From a virus (lineage: Duplodnaviria; Caudoviricetes): DNA of 64,000 nt. Below the pieces are notes generated by a model, which did not search any database, had not been told where the DNA came from, and saw only the letters and a list, made by a program, of their open reading frames with translations. The stretch's first letter is position 1; each line of letters begins with the position of its first letter. A program made the position numbers and the translations under genes. Shown in pieces: positions 18,936-28,322 of this stretch. The stretch lies in IMG/VR virus record IMGVR_UViG_3300021387_000143, positions 25,384-89,383 of that record; one strand, given 5' to 3'.

Positions 18936-21900
18936 ATGAATATAGTACCTAAACTTAATCAAAACAAACATCCTAAAGATTGTACTAATCTTAGTTTGGT
19001 TGACGCAAAGAATATAATGTTTGATGTAGATCAAAATAGTTTAAGTAATGATAACAAGTTAGTATATGATAGTTATGTTGTAGATAGTGTTAAAGGGGAA
19101 TTAGCAAGTTATTTAAGAGTTTCTGGAGCAGATATAACAATTAATATTGTAGGTTCTATAAATTGTAATAAAGAAACTGTCTATTTTCTTAGTTATTATA
19201 CTAGTGATGAAAATGATAAAAAACTAATATTATTAAGAAGATATGATTATACTGATAATCCTTTTACTTCTAGAGATAAAAAATATTTAATTAAAACTCC
19301 TTTAGATTATCATGATGGAGAAATTATAGGTACATTTACTTACAATAGAAATAATGAATTAATAATTGCATTTAGTGAATATAAAGAAGATAATAGTTTA
19401 AATGAACCTTTAAGAACATTTAATTTAGATGATATAGATAGTGATTTAATTCATTCACCTTTAGTTCCAGAAGTAAGAATTCCTCAAATAGATAAGTATT
19501 ATTATATTAGAAGGTCTTGGTATAAAGGTCAAAATCATGTATTTATAAGTTTTAAAATATCAGAAGATACATATACTCAATGGTATGATTTACATACAAA
19601 TATATATACTGATATGATAGAAGATAAATATTTTATAAATGCTCAGATACATGGAGTTAAAGATAATCAAAACCAAGATATTGATTATAATCTACAAGAA
19701 AAAATAACTTTATCAGATAGAAGTGATATATGTGATGTATCATTTGCATTAAAACTTACTAATATAAATTTTTATTCTCATTATAGATTGGCTATTATAA
19801 ATGTAGTAAAAAATGATACTAAAACATTTGTTAGTTATGATATTCCATATAGTACAAATTATGTAGAAGTAACAACTAGTTTATTTAGAAATACATCTGT
19901 TGCAGTAAGTGATATAATACAATCTTTTTATAATTATTATAATGCAAAAGAATTAATTAATTATAAGAACAAGTTATTTATATCTAATTTTAAAGAGGAA
20001 TATTATGATAATGTTATTTTAGAAGAATATGCTAATAGAGTTAATGGTAATGTTTATACAGCTATGACAGTAGACGCAGATGAGTTTATAAATTATAATC
20101 CAACATTTATTAATACTGATGTAGAATATTTTATAAAAGGAATAGTTAATAATAAAAACTATTATCAAATATCTAGAAAAAATATTACTTGTGATTTAGT
20201 TGCTTCATCAAATGGTGAAATTTTAAAAATAGATGATAGTCCATTCAATACTAGAGATTTTTCAATTTTTGCTGATGTAATTTGGTTATTACATCCTTTT
20301 ACAAATAATAATAATAGTTATGTATCATTTGACCCAACTAGAAGTATAACTAGTCAATATATAAATGGTATTAGTACGTTATTAATAACAAATTTAAGTA
20401 GTTCATTTAGAGCACATTTTTTATTTAATGATACTAGTATTTCTGATATTAATATAACTAATTCTGGTAATGATGATGAATTTCCAAATTCAAATTTAGT
20501 TTTATTACCTTTAACTAAAAAGGGACAAACTAATTTTGCATGGTATTTATTTAGATATATTAATAGTAATAATACATTTAAATTAATGACTACTAGTCCT
20601 GTCATTTCTTTTAATATAGATGGAATAACTGAAACATTTTATACAAATCAAATGACTGGAACTGGATGGGCATTAAATACTGTACAATATGATGTTACTC
20701 CATCTACAGAAAACCAAGAAAAAGCACAATTAAATATTAGAACTTTAATTGCTGGGGAATATTATCAATTCTTTATTCATTATGTTAATAAATATGGAAA
20801 TGTAAGTTTAGGATTTCCAATTAATGTTGGTGGAGAAGTTTCTGTAGTTAGAAATCTAAATGATGAAAAAGTTTACAAAATAAATGAAAATTCTAATGCG
20901 CAACTTAATGACATTGGATATTCTCAAAATGAATTTAAAATTAGAAAACTAAAAATAAAAGATGTAAAAATACCAGATGGTTATATTGGTTGGTTTATTA
21001 GTTATGCCCAATTTGAAGGAACTACTACATTACATGGATTAAGATTGCAAGATAGTTCAGCTCAAGAAGTACAAGATTTGACAGTAGATGCTGGAAAAAA
21101 TGCAGGTAGAGTATTAAGCTTAGAATTAGATATACTTGATAAAATTAATATGAATAACAATATAATAGAATATTTATATGACAATGTAGGAACTGCACCA
21201 AAATCGGATGAGATAACTAATTTTAAATTAGTTCCATCTAATAGTCCAGGTAATATGTTTAGAACTTCTTATATTAAAGTAAATTATGAATCATATAATG
21301 AAGCTATAAATGAACAACCTGTTAGACTTAAAAAAGTTCCATTAGATAGCGATGGTAGATTATTATTATATTTATCTAAAGTTAAATCATTAATACCATT
21401 AAGCTATATTTATTATGAAGATGCTAATGAGTATAAAGAAATATTTGTTGGAAACTATAATGGTGTTATTAGTAAATTTGAAGCTATAGAATATAAAACT
21501 GATTTAATATATGATGCTGGAGATGGTTCATATAGAAATTTAAATGGTTCAGCTGTAACAAAAGGTACTCTTGATAATTATATTGAAGTTCATACTTGGT
21601 ATGATTATTCTACATATTTTAATGAAAGTAAACGATATAGAAGCAATCCTCAAATAATTGTAACCGGAGATTATGATAATCAGCAAAATCCTCATTTTAC
21701 AGTTGGTGTTATAGCTCAAGGTAGAGATATTATAGATTTATTTGAGAATAATCAATTAGAAATGAATGAGAATTATCCTAAAGTAGAAATGTCATATTAT
21801 GAACTTGCTAAATATAAATATATATTTGATCAAACTATTAGACGCTCAAATGTTATTGCTGATGAATCATTAGAAAATAGTTGGCGAAAATTTGAAACTG

Positions 21901-22916
21901 ACCAATATATTAATATAAAAGAAAACAAAGGAAACATAATGAATTTATGTGCTATTGGAAATATATTTCTAGTACATACTGAACATTCATTATTCCAATT
22001 TGATTTTAACGATAGACTTACTAGTAATGGTGGAGTTGTAGAAGTAGACCAAAAAGATATATTTGAATCTAGATATACTGAGTTGTTTAATACAGAACTT
22101 GGTTTTGGTGGTCTTCAAGAAAGACGAGCTGCTATTGCTGGGGATTTTGGTTATATATGGTTTAATAATGATTTTAATCATTTCTTTGCATTAAGTAAAG
22201 AAGGTCCAAAAGTTTTAAGTGAAGATATAGATGCAAGACTTAAACTAATAAAACCAAAGAATGTTAGATTTGGTGATGATAAACAAAGAAGTAGATTATT
22301 AATTAGATATGAAAATGGTGATACTATAGAAACAATTAGTTTTAATTATAAACTTGGATGTTTTGTTTCTATGCACGATTATAATAATCCTGCATGGTTT
22401 GCTTATACTAAAGATAGAATATTTGTAGTAAACACAGATAAAATTAGAGTTGGACATTTTAATTCAAATAAATTTGTTGATAGTCAATTTTCTATAATTG
22501 TAAATTATTCTTATGATGAAATTAAGTTTTTAGAATATCTTAGTTACAAGTTTACTAGAATAACTGATATTGCTAACTTAGCTGTAATAGATTTTGTTAA
22601 TCTGCCCGTAGAGGGAAGATATGTGGAAGAAAGTGGTAATTATCTATATGTAGTATCTGATAAATGTAGAACTGGTCAATTAGTTTTAAAACGAACTGAT
22701 GCATATGATAATGATAATGCTACAAATAAATTTAGAACTAATTATCCTTATTTTGAATTAGGATATTTTAATATGAATAAATTAGTTAATATTAATGGTA
22801 AAGAAAGTAGAATGTTTGGTAATTATTTTGTGTTTACATTTGTAGTTAATACAACTAACGAAAATAAAATTAATTTTGAAAGTTTTGAATGTTCTTTAAC
22901 TAAAATAAGAAGATGA
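18936..22916 (+). CDS. Muzzle / tail stabilisation protein (P22 gp10-like)
   Basis: 1326 aa; MNIVPKLNQNKHPKD start, LIAGEYYQFFIHYVNKYG, IRRSNVIADESLENSWRKF, FLVHTEHSLF, ISFNYKLGCFVSMHDY; size and position match crAss muzzle genes. Confidence 0.75.
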   Translation: MNIVPKLNQNKHPKDCTNLSLVDAKNIMFDVDQNSLSNDNKLVYDSYVVDSVKGELASYLRVSGADITINIVGSINCNKETVYFLSYYTSDENDKKLILLRRYDYTDNPFTSRDKKYLIKTPLDYHDGEIIGTFTYNRNNELIIAFSEYKEDNSLNEPLRTFNLDDIDSDLIHSPLVPEVRIPQIDKYYYIRRSWYKGQNHVFISFKISEDTYTQWYDLHTNIYTDMIEDKYFINAQIHGVKDNQNQDIDYNLQEKITLSDRSDICDVSFALKLTNINFYSHYRLAIINVVKNDTKTFVSYDIPYSTNYVEVTTSLFRNTSVAVSDIIQSFYNYYNAKELINYKNKLFISNFKEEYYDNVILEEYANRVNGNVYTAMTVDADEFINYNPTFINTDVEYFIKGIVNNKNYYQISRKNITCDLVASSNGEILKIDDSPFNTRDFSIFADVIWLLHPFTNNNNSYVSFDPTRSITSQYINGISTLLITNLSSSFRAHFLFNDTSISDINITNSGNDDEFPNSNLVLLPLTKKGQTNFAWYLFRYINSNNTFKLMTTSPVISFNIDGITETFYTNQMTGTGWALNTVQYDVTPSTENQEKAQLNIRTLIAGEYYQFFIHYVNKYGNVSLGFPINVGGEVSVVRNLNDEKVYKINENSNAQLNDIGYSQNEFKIRKLKIKDVKIPDGYIGWFISYAQFEGTTTLHGLRLQDSSAQEVQDLTVDAGKNAGRVLSLELDILDKINMNNNIIEYLYDNVGTAPKSDEITNFKLVPSNSPGNMFRTSYIKVNYESYNEAINEQPVRLKKVPLDSDGRLLLYLSKVKSLIPLSYIYYEDANEYKEIFVGNYNGVISKFEAIEYKTDLIYDAGDGSYRNLNGSAVTKGTLDNYIEVHTWYDYSTYFNESKRYRSNPQIIVTGDYDNQQNPHFTVGVIAQGRDIIDLFENNQLEMNENYPKVEMSYYELAKYKYIFDQTIRRSNVIADESLENSWRKFETDQYINIKENKGNIMNLCAIGNIFLVHTEHSLFQFDFNDRLTSNGGVVEVDQKDIFESRYTELFNTELGFGGLQERRAAIAGDFGYIWFNNDFNHFFALSKEGPKVLSEDIDARLKLIKPKNVRFGDDKQRSRLLIRYENGDTIETISFNYKLGCFVSMHDYNNPAWFAYTKDRIFVVNTDKIRVGHFNSNKFVDSQFSIIVNYSYDEIKFLEYLSYKFTRITDIANLAVIDFVNLPVEGRYVEESGNYLYVVSDKCRTGQLVLKRTDAYDNDNATNKFRTNYPYFELGYFNMNKLVNINGKESRMFGNYFVFTFVVNTTNENKINFESFECSLTKIRR
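22602..22617 (-). repeat. Dispersed motif copy (TTCCCTCTACGGGCAG on -)
   Basis: CTGCCCGTAGAGGGAA on +; encodes LPVEG. Confidence 0.9.
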
Positions 22917-23416
22917 GAAAAGTTAAAAGAAATCAAAGAAATAAAGCCTTTCTTGGTGCTTTAATTGGTGCTGGTGTATCTTTAATAGGTAATACTATTG
23001 GAAGTATTATCGGTGCTAATGCACAAAAGAAACAACAGAGAGAACAAGAAAGACAACAAATAGAACAAAATAATTTAACAACTGCTGCTAATTTAGCAAA
23101 TGCAATTAATGGTAGTCAAGATGTTGTAGATTCTTATTATGATAGAGTTACATTAATGCCTCTTGGAGGTAAGAGAAGAATTGGAGCATGGGGAACTCAA
23201 GATACAAATGATGTAATAAGTGGAGTAAGTAGTGGTATAGGTTCTGTGGTTAAATCTGCTATAGGTGCAAGTACAATGGGTAATGTTCAAACAGTTAGAC
23301 AAGCTCCTGCACAATTTGAACCTAAAGTTTTAGTTAGACCTACATATTATAATAGAATACAACCTATGCAAAATGTTTATAAATGTGGTGGTAAATATAA
23401 AAGAAAATCAAAATGA
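22913..23416 (+). CDS. Cargo/ejection protein with hydrophobic helix (cargo protein 1-like)
   Basis: 167 aa; basic N-terminus, FLGALIGAGVSLIGNTIGSIIGA helix, Gln-rich coil, YKCGGK tail; follows the muzzle gene. Confidence 0.6.
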   Translation: MRKVKRNQRNKAFLGALIGAGVSLIGNTIGSIIGANAQKKQQREQERQQIEQNNLTTAANLANAINGSQDVVDSYYDRVTLMPLGGKRRIGAWGTQDTNDVISGVSSGIGSVVKSAIGASTMGNVQTVRQAPAQFEPKVLVRPTYYNRIQPMQNVYKCGGKYKRKSK

Positions 23417-25584
23417 AATGTAAAAGAAAGAAAGCTACATTTGGTGTTTTAGCACCCAATATTCAACGAGGTGGTATGGCTATTCCATTAGGTAATAATT
23501 TATATTGGATGAAAGGTAGAAAACATAAAACCGGTGGAATAGATATTGGTAAAGATTTAGAAGTAGAGAATAATGAAGTTATGCAAATGCTTCCGAATGA
23601 AACTAGAGTATTTAGTAGTGTAAAAATGTTAGGTGGTAATAGTCCTGCTGAATTAGTAGCTAGTGGAATGAATCCAAATATGGTTTTTAATGCACAAGAA
23701 GAATATAAGAGAATTAATAGAATTAAAGATGATGGAAGTAGATATAAAAGAGGAGGTAGAAAAAGAGCTGATGATGGTACTAGTGTAGAAACTAATAATC
23801 TTGCTAGAATATTATATAATAATAGATATAGAAATAATAAATCTACATCATTAAAAATGAATAATGAAGAAAAAGTTTTAACAATGGCTAATTACGTTAG
23901 ACCTAAAAATAATTATGAATATGCTGTAGATGGTGAAGATAATTATTTATTTCCTTTTAGAAAATTAGCTAATACAGCTGGGTTACCATCCGGTCTAAGT
24001 AATTGTACACTAACGGTTAGTCAACTATATAATCCTGCTAGACCTATAAATCATGCTAGAACTATTACTAAAAATCCTAGAGCAAACGGATTTTACGAAG
24101 TTGGTCCAGATTATGCAATTCCAGGAAGTATGGTTATAGCATCAAATAATTTAAATGATAATGATGAAAACAATGTATATCATACTATGGTATTAACTGG
24201 ATTTGCTGATAAAGATTATACATATAATTTTAATGGTAATTCATATAAAATTAAGAAAGGTGCACCATTAGTTAGTTATAGTAGAGGTGGAAACAATATT
24301 GGCGATTGGAGAACCAATATTCCTTTAGATGTTTATATGGATAATAGCGATGGGAGAAATTTTGTTAGATATTATAGACCTTTAGATGAAAATGGTAATC
24401 CAAATATATTATTAGACCAATTAACTGTTCAACCTAAAAAATATGGAGGTAAACAAATGAATTTACAAAATATTGACAATCCTCTTGCTAGAAATAGTAA
24501 GAGAATGATAAGTCCTAATAAATTAGGCACTATTGTTAGAGTAGATGGAAATGGAAGAGATAGATTAGCATACATTCCCTCTACGGGCAGTTCTAAACAA
24601 GATATGAAATGCGGTGGTAGAGCTAAAGCTCCATTTGGTAGTTCATTAAGTAGATTAAATTCTATGCTTAGTCAAATTGATATGGACGCTTTGTCAAATG
24701 CCTGGGATAGAGTTGAAGAAATAGAAGATGAAAAATATAATAATGTAAAATCTAATATGATACAATTAGATGATGGAACTTTTATTAAAGAAAGTTTGCC
24801 TGAAGTAGATGTAAGTCCAAAAAGAGATTTATTTAGATTCCCAACATTAAATATTACTTCAGCTCCATATACAGAACTAAGAAGACCCGATTTTAAGATA
24901 GGAAATCCTATAATTCCTGATAATGTAAGAAATGAAATAAAAGGTCCTGAAGATTATAAAGATTATCATTGGATTAAAAGTGCTACAGATTTATTAACAA
25001 CTGGATTAAGTACATTTAATAATTTATATTATCTTAATAAAATGAAAGAACCTCCTAGACCAGCAGTTAATCCAGGGGTTAAACTAAAAACAAAATGGAA
25101 CAATAATGCTACATTGTCTGCAATAAGGGAATCATTGGGTAATACTATAACAGATTTGGTAAGAAATACTGCTAGTTCACAAAATCTTAGAAATAGTATT
25201 AATCAAGCTAGAATAAATGCTCTAGGATTAATCAATAAATCAAATGAGGATAAAGAAAATAAAGAAACTGAATTAATTAATGCAGATTTAAGACAGAGAG
25301 CTACAAATATAAAAGATAATGTAGATAATTATAATACTTGGAGAAATTCACTTGCTGCTTTTAGAAATAATATATTTGATAAGAGAAGTGAAACATGGAA
25401 TAATATGATGTCAAATGTTAATAAAGTAGTAAATGAAGCTATTGAAAATAGAGAACAAAGAGATGCAGAAAGAAGACAGTTTGATTTTCTATCTTATGCT
25501 TATCCTATAGTTAGAAATAATCCAGCTATTTCTAATTATTTGTATGATATTTTATTTGGTAAAAATAAACAAAGTAAAAGTTAG
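23413..25584 (+). CDS. Cargo/ejection protein with an inserted Cys/His hydrolase-like domain
   Basis: 723 aa; KGRKHKTGGIDIG N-terminal segment; SNCT (C198) ... PGSMV ... YHTMV (H257); C-terminal coiled coil. Confidence 0.55.
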   Translation: MKCKRKKATFGVLAPNIQRGGMAIPLGNNLYWMKGRKHKTGGIDIGKDLEVENNEVMQMLPNETRVFSSVKMLGGNSPAELVASGMNPNMVFNAQEEYKRINRIKDDGSRYKRGGRKRADDGTSVETNNLARILYNNRYRNNKSTSLKMNNEEKVLTMANYVRPKNNYEYAVDGEDNYLFPFRKLANTAGLPSGLSNCTLTVSQLYNPARPINHARTITKNPRANGFYEVGPDYAIPGSMVIASNNLNDNDENNVYHTMVLTGFADKDYTYNFNGNSYKIKKGAPLVSYSRGGNNIGDWRTNIPLDVYMDNSDGRNFVRYYRPLDENGNPNILLDQLTVQPKKYGGKQMNLQNIDNPLARNSKRMISPNKLGTIVRVDGNGRDRLAYIPSTGSSKQDMKCGGRAKAPFGSSLSRLNSMLSQIDMDALSNAWDRVEEIEDEKYNNVKSNMIQLDDGTFIKESLPEVDVSPKRDLFRFPTLNITSAPYTELRRPDFKIGNPIIPDNVRNEIKGPEDYKDYHWIKSATDLLTTGLSTFNNLYYLNKMKEPPRPAVNPGVKLKTKWNNNATLSAIRESLGNTITDLVRNTASSQNLRNSINQARINALGLINKSNEDKENKETELINADLRQRATNIKDNVDNYNTWRNSLAAFRNNIFDKRSETWNNMMSNVNKVVNEAIENREQRDAERRQFDFLSYAYPIVRNNPAISNYLYDILFGKNKQSKS
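24575..24590 (+). repeat. Dispersed motif copy (TTCCCTCTACGGGCAG)
   Basis: Encodes IPSTGS. Confidence 0.9.
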
Positions 25585-25589
25585 ATAAT

Positions 25590-26528
25590 ATGAATTTTGT
25601 AGAATTAGTAAAACATAATCATGTAAGTCCGTATAGTGCGGAACTTACTACTAAAGTATTTGATACTTTACAAAGTAGACATGATTCTATTTCTAAAGCT
25701 AGAAATGATTTATATGCAGCAGTTATGAAAATGCCAATGCATCCATCAGAACAATTATTTAAACTTGCATTACTTCAAGAGATACAAAGTGGTATAAATG
25801 ATAATATTACAGACCCTAAAAGTCTTAATGATGATTTTGATAATATAATGAGAATGACTTCTGAGATTATGAATGACCCAGTTGTTACAGATAGAGTTTC
25901 ATGGTATGATGGCTGGCTTAAACAACAACAAAAAATTAGAGATAATAAAAATCTTCCTGAACGTTGGAAATTATGGTATTCGGCAAAAGAACCATATAGG
26001 TCTCCAGTAGGTGATGGAACTCCTTATACTCCTTTAACTCCAATTATAGAACCTGCTGATAAATATGAAGTATTTAAAAAGGCTGTTGGTATAACATCTC
26101 CAACTAAATATGGATATGCTGGTAATAAAATAGTTAAAAACGCAGAAGGTAAAATGGGATATATAAATAATAGTGGTAGATTTGAAACACTTAAAGCTGG
26201 AGATTTATGGAATAGTGTAAAAGAAATTATAGATGGCGATACTAAGACTTCAGAACAATTATTTAGAGAATATCAAATAGAAAAAGATTATGGAAATACT
26301 AAAATAGGTAATAGAGATATGAGTTTTCCTGAATGGGAATTTGCACAATTTGCTGGAATGTGTGAAGCAAAAGCTCATAGAGATAGTTATACTAGTACAA
26401 AGCTAAGTGGATTTGGTGTAGGAAAAAGTGGTGGAGATGGTGATGGAGATGATGATAATACTTCTGGAAATCAAGGAGAATTCCATTTAGAGGAAGGAGA
26501 AACAAGAGAACAATATCCAAGTAATTAA
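25590..26528 (+). CDS. Putative ejection protein (N-terminal part)
   Basis: 312 aa ending in a Gly/Asp-rich linker; in frame with the next ORF. Confidence 0.6.
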   Translation: MNFVELVKHNHVSPYSAELTTKVFDTLQSRHDSISKARNDLYAAVMKMPMHPSEQLFKLALLQEIQSGINDNITDPKSLNDDFDNIMRMTSEIMNDPVVTDRVSWYDGWLKQQQKIRDNKNLPERWKLWYSAKEPYRSPVGDGTPYTPLTPIIEPADKYEVFKKAVGITSPTKYGYAGNKIVKNAEGKMGYINNSGRFETLKAGDLWNSVKEIIDGDTKTSEQLFREYQIEKDYGNTKIGNRDMSFPEWEFAQFAGMCEAKAHRDSYTSTKLSGFGVGKSGGDGDGDDDNTSGNQGEFHLEEGETREQYPSN

Positions 26529-26540
26529 AATTTTAATATT

Positions 26541-28322
26541 ATGCCACAAGAACATATAGGACAAAATGTACAAAATTATACTCAAGGGTATAATGAAAAA
26601 ACTTACTGGAATCTTGAGGATTATACTAAAGCTCAATTTGCTGATATGGGAGTGAAACCAGATGATAATGGATTTTATCCCATAAATGAACTACAATTAC
26701 AACAATATGCTAATGATGTAGAAGAACATAACGATAATTTAAGTCATTATATAGAAACAGCTACTAGAATAGATGAAGTATTACTTAACGACCATAATTC
26801 TCAAGCAATAAAAGCTATGATAGGACTATTTAATGGAGATTTTAATAGTATAAAAATAGATGAAAATGATGGTCAACCTGGTCAAGTAAACGACGTTGCT
26901 AAAAGAATACACGATTGGAGTAATAATCTTTGGGTAGATAGTGCATCTGATAAATATGGGTATTTTCAAGTTAATTTTAAGGATGATGAAATCTATGATA
27001 GATTGGTAAATTTATATGGTTCTAGACTAAATAGATTAGGTGTAACTAGAATTGGAAAAGATAAATTATTTGCTCCAGATACTTATCACGCAGCATTACG
27101 AGTAGATAATCAAGATAAAATACCTATTCTTATGATGTATCTAAATATGGCTACTAGTTATAAAGATGTTAATGGAGCATCATCTGATTGGAATTTTTGG
27201 AATAATACTAGAGAATTATTTAGTTCATATCAAAGATGGGATATAGAAGGGTTAAATGGCGAATATAGTAGTAGAAAGAAAGACGAATTATATAATCAAA
27301 GAAGTTCTAGAGAAAATGATGTTTCTGGATATGACTTTGATGAAATAAATGAGTTTGGTAGAGAAATGACAGATTATTACAAAATATATACAAGTTATGG
27401 AGATATAAAAGAAGAAGAACATTATGTTCCATTAGAATATCATATGAAAATGAAAGCTATAAGAAGAGGTGATAGACCAGTTCATACTGCTATGGAATTA
27501 TTAAGGCCTGATGAAAAAGAAAGTAAATTAAAGAATATATTAAAAGATGATGTTAATAATAAATTAAATGTAGATTTTAAGAATATGCCTCAAGGCTCTA
27601 TATTATTCGAGGGAGAAGATGGAGTATGGAGTAAGTATGTAATTAATCCGGACACTAAAGAAAAAGAACTTCCAGATGATGAACTACTTGATTTACTTTC
27701 TGAGAGAGCAACTGCTATTATGAAATCTAGTGACCCGTGGTTTCAATTACAAATGTATATTGATAGAGATAGAACTAAGGGTAATGTGTTTTGTACTGCC
27801 ATAACTTTAAAAGATGAAACTACTATAACACAGAGTAATACAAATCAAGCAAATTCTACTAAAAGTTCTGCTAGATTAAAATTAACAAAATTAAAAAGAA
27901 TAATTGTTCCTAATTTATTTAGAGAAAATGAAAATGAAGAATTACAGGCTAAATATAATACTGATTCAGATAAAGCGATAGCTAGAGGAGAAAATATAAG
28001 AGCTAGTAATGGAAAGTATAATATAACATATGATGTTAATGGAACTCCAATGTATATAAAAAATATAATGGGTGATGATGGAATAAAACATTTATTTTTG
28101 TTAGTAGGAAACAATGCTTATGACTTAGATAAAATTGGTAGACAAACTGGTTCTGAATTAGCTGGTACTTTAGTATCTTTAGTTAATTCTTATAAAAAGT
28201 GGGAACAAGTTGCTCAGGTATATAATCATATGACCGGAAATAAAGATAAATTTAGCGAATATTTGAAAAAAGCTGAAAATGATGATACTACTATTAAACA
28301 AATAATAAATAGTTTAAAGTAA
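26541..28322 (+). CDS. Putative ejection protein
   Basis: 593-aa ORF upstream of the giant genes. Confidence 0.6.
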   Translation: MPQEHIGQNVQNYTQGYNEKTYWNLEDYTKAQFADMGVKPDDNGFYPINELQLQQYANDVEEHNDNLSHYIETATRIDEVLLNDHNSQAIKAMIGLFNGDFNSIKIDENDGQPGQVNDVAKRIHDWSNNLWVDSASDKYGYFQVNFKDDEIYDRLVNLYGSRLNRLGVTRIGKDKLFAPDTYHAALRVDNQDKIPILMMYLNMATSYKDVNGASSDWNFWNNTRELFSSYQRWDIEGLNGEYSSRKKDELYNQRSSRENDVSGYDFDEINEFGREMTDYYKIYTSYGDIKEEEHYVPLEYHMKMKAIRRGDRPVHTAMELLRPDEKESKLKNILKDDVNNKLNVDFKNMPQGSILFEGEDGVWSKYVINPDTKEKELPDDELLDLLSERATAIMKSSDPWFQLQMYIDRDRTKGNVFCTAITLKDETTITQSNTNQANSTKSSARLKLTKLKRIIVPNLFRENENEELQAKYNTDSDKAIARGENIRASNGKYNITYDVNGTPMYIKNIMGDDGIKHLFLLVGNNAYDLDKIGRQTGSELAGTLVSLVNSYKKWEQVAQVYNHMTGNKDKFSEYLKKAENDDTTIKQIINSLK

